Position numbers and translations under genes: made by a program
Origin: an uncultured archaeon
GTDB lineage: Archaea; Thermoproteota; Bathyarchaeia; Bathyarchaeales; Bathycorpusculaceae
Length of the DNA stretch: 64,000 nucleotides
NCBI GenBank assembly: GCA_963782915.1
Contig: CAWALK010000001.1
Location: 128,001-192,000, forward strand
Reading direction: 5' to 3'
The notes under the pieces: model-generated
Seen by the model: only the letters and a program-made list of their open reading frames with translations
The model's database searches: none
What the model was told of the DNA's origin: nothing
Shown here: in pieces, positions 63,208-64,000 of the stretch
Layout of the letters: each line of letters begins with the position of its first letter
Position numbering within the stretch: position 1 is the first letter of the stretch

Positions 63208-63533
63208 GATTGTCTCCCGACGTAACCTAACACTTTACCTCATAGCTGAGCGTCGCTTTAAGCTTGGTAAAGCTCTCTCGGCGCAGGAATTTATGCCCGT
63301 GCCCACCGTGTCCCTTGTTTGGGTGAACCCTTCGTCACTGCTAAGCAAGCGTAAGAGCTTGCAACTCTGTTGGGTCCGTCGTCAAGGGTGGAATTAGCCA
63401 GTGGGGAAATGTATATGCTAAACCAGTAAAGTTAAGCATTCCTATTCAAAGACTGCTTTTTTCTAAAATGCCCCGGCAAACCTTCACCCTTTGCAAGAGC
63501 TTCTCTAGATTCATACGGTTGTAGGCAACAATC
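63208..63533 (-). ncRNA. Candidate large structured non-coding RNA of unknown family
   Basis: 5' and 3' ends complementary; several internal helices with G-U pairs on the minus strand; C/D-like K-turn; no long ORF. Confidence 0.55.
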
Positions 63534-63584
63534 ATTTTCCTGTTTTTTATCCATAACGATTATACGTTAAAGGCAAAACAAAGA

Positions 63585-64000
63585 TTGGATGGCAACACTA
63601 AGCAAAGCCTCCTTCTGCTTCACAGTTGGCTTGGTTATCTTAATCGCTATACAAGTTATTGCACAAACCCCTATAATCGAATCTTCCCAGCCTACTCAAA
63701 ATTACATACAACCAATCGCCAACAACCAAATAGTTCTAGACGCAGCCAAACACGATGCGTTCAACTGCTACAACACCAACGGAACCGCGCCTGCCATAAA
63801 CGGCAATTCAGCACTCTTCTATGGCGCCAACACAACCAACACTTACTCCGATATAGTATCACAGACCACCGTAAAAGCCGATAAATCGCTCGTACTAGAA
63901 GCCCAAATAACCGCAAATGTAACCTGCTTTTCGGATAGTGGTGAGGACCAGTTTGCAGTTTTCGCCACAGACGACATAACCAACTACAAATCAGACGAAT
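63585..64000 (+). CDS. Secreted hypothetical protein, partial (frameshift near 63620)
   Basis: Signal-like N-terminus; the shifted frame is open to the window end (…VGLVILIAIQVIAQTP…). Confidence 0.6.

Noticed and set aside
63208-63533. RNase P RNA, SRP RNA, tmRNA or canonical T-box
   Set aside because: Lacks the P4 consensus, the SRP helix-8 motif, tRNA-like ends and the UGGNACC bulge; kept only as an unknown structured RNA

Overview
Archaeal chromosomal segment, most likely from a TACK-lineage archaeon such as Bathyarchaeia (inferred from eL15/eL13/Rpp30/Pop5, Nop5-fibrillarin, a stand-alone 5S rRNA, an intron-containing tRNA-Trp, DUF1512 and many TP-rich surface proteins). It holds about 60 housekeeping, transport and surface-protein genes. 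Many conserved genes (tyrS, dcd, aguB and others) are broken by single-base indels, which looks like uncorrected long-read error. There is no CRISPR array, transposase or provirus. The most notable signals are: (1) a wHTH-ATP-cone-class III ribonucleotide reductase fusion that lacks its catalytic cysteines and its glycyl-radical motif, a candidate nucleotide-sensing transcription factor next to pyrB; (2) a ~326-nt closed, K-turn-containing structured RNA candidate upstream of tyrS; (3) a modular REP-like intergenic repeat family; (4) Nop5 with a Gly/Arg-rich tail abutting fibrillarin; (5) a two-intron tRNA-Trp with a 6-nt middle exon and an intronic C/D guide; (6) divergent RHH paralogs and several apparent non-canonical start codons.
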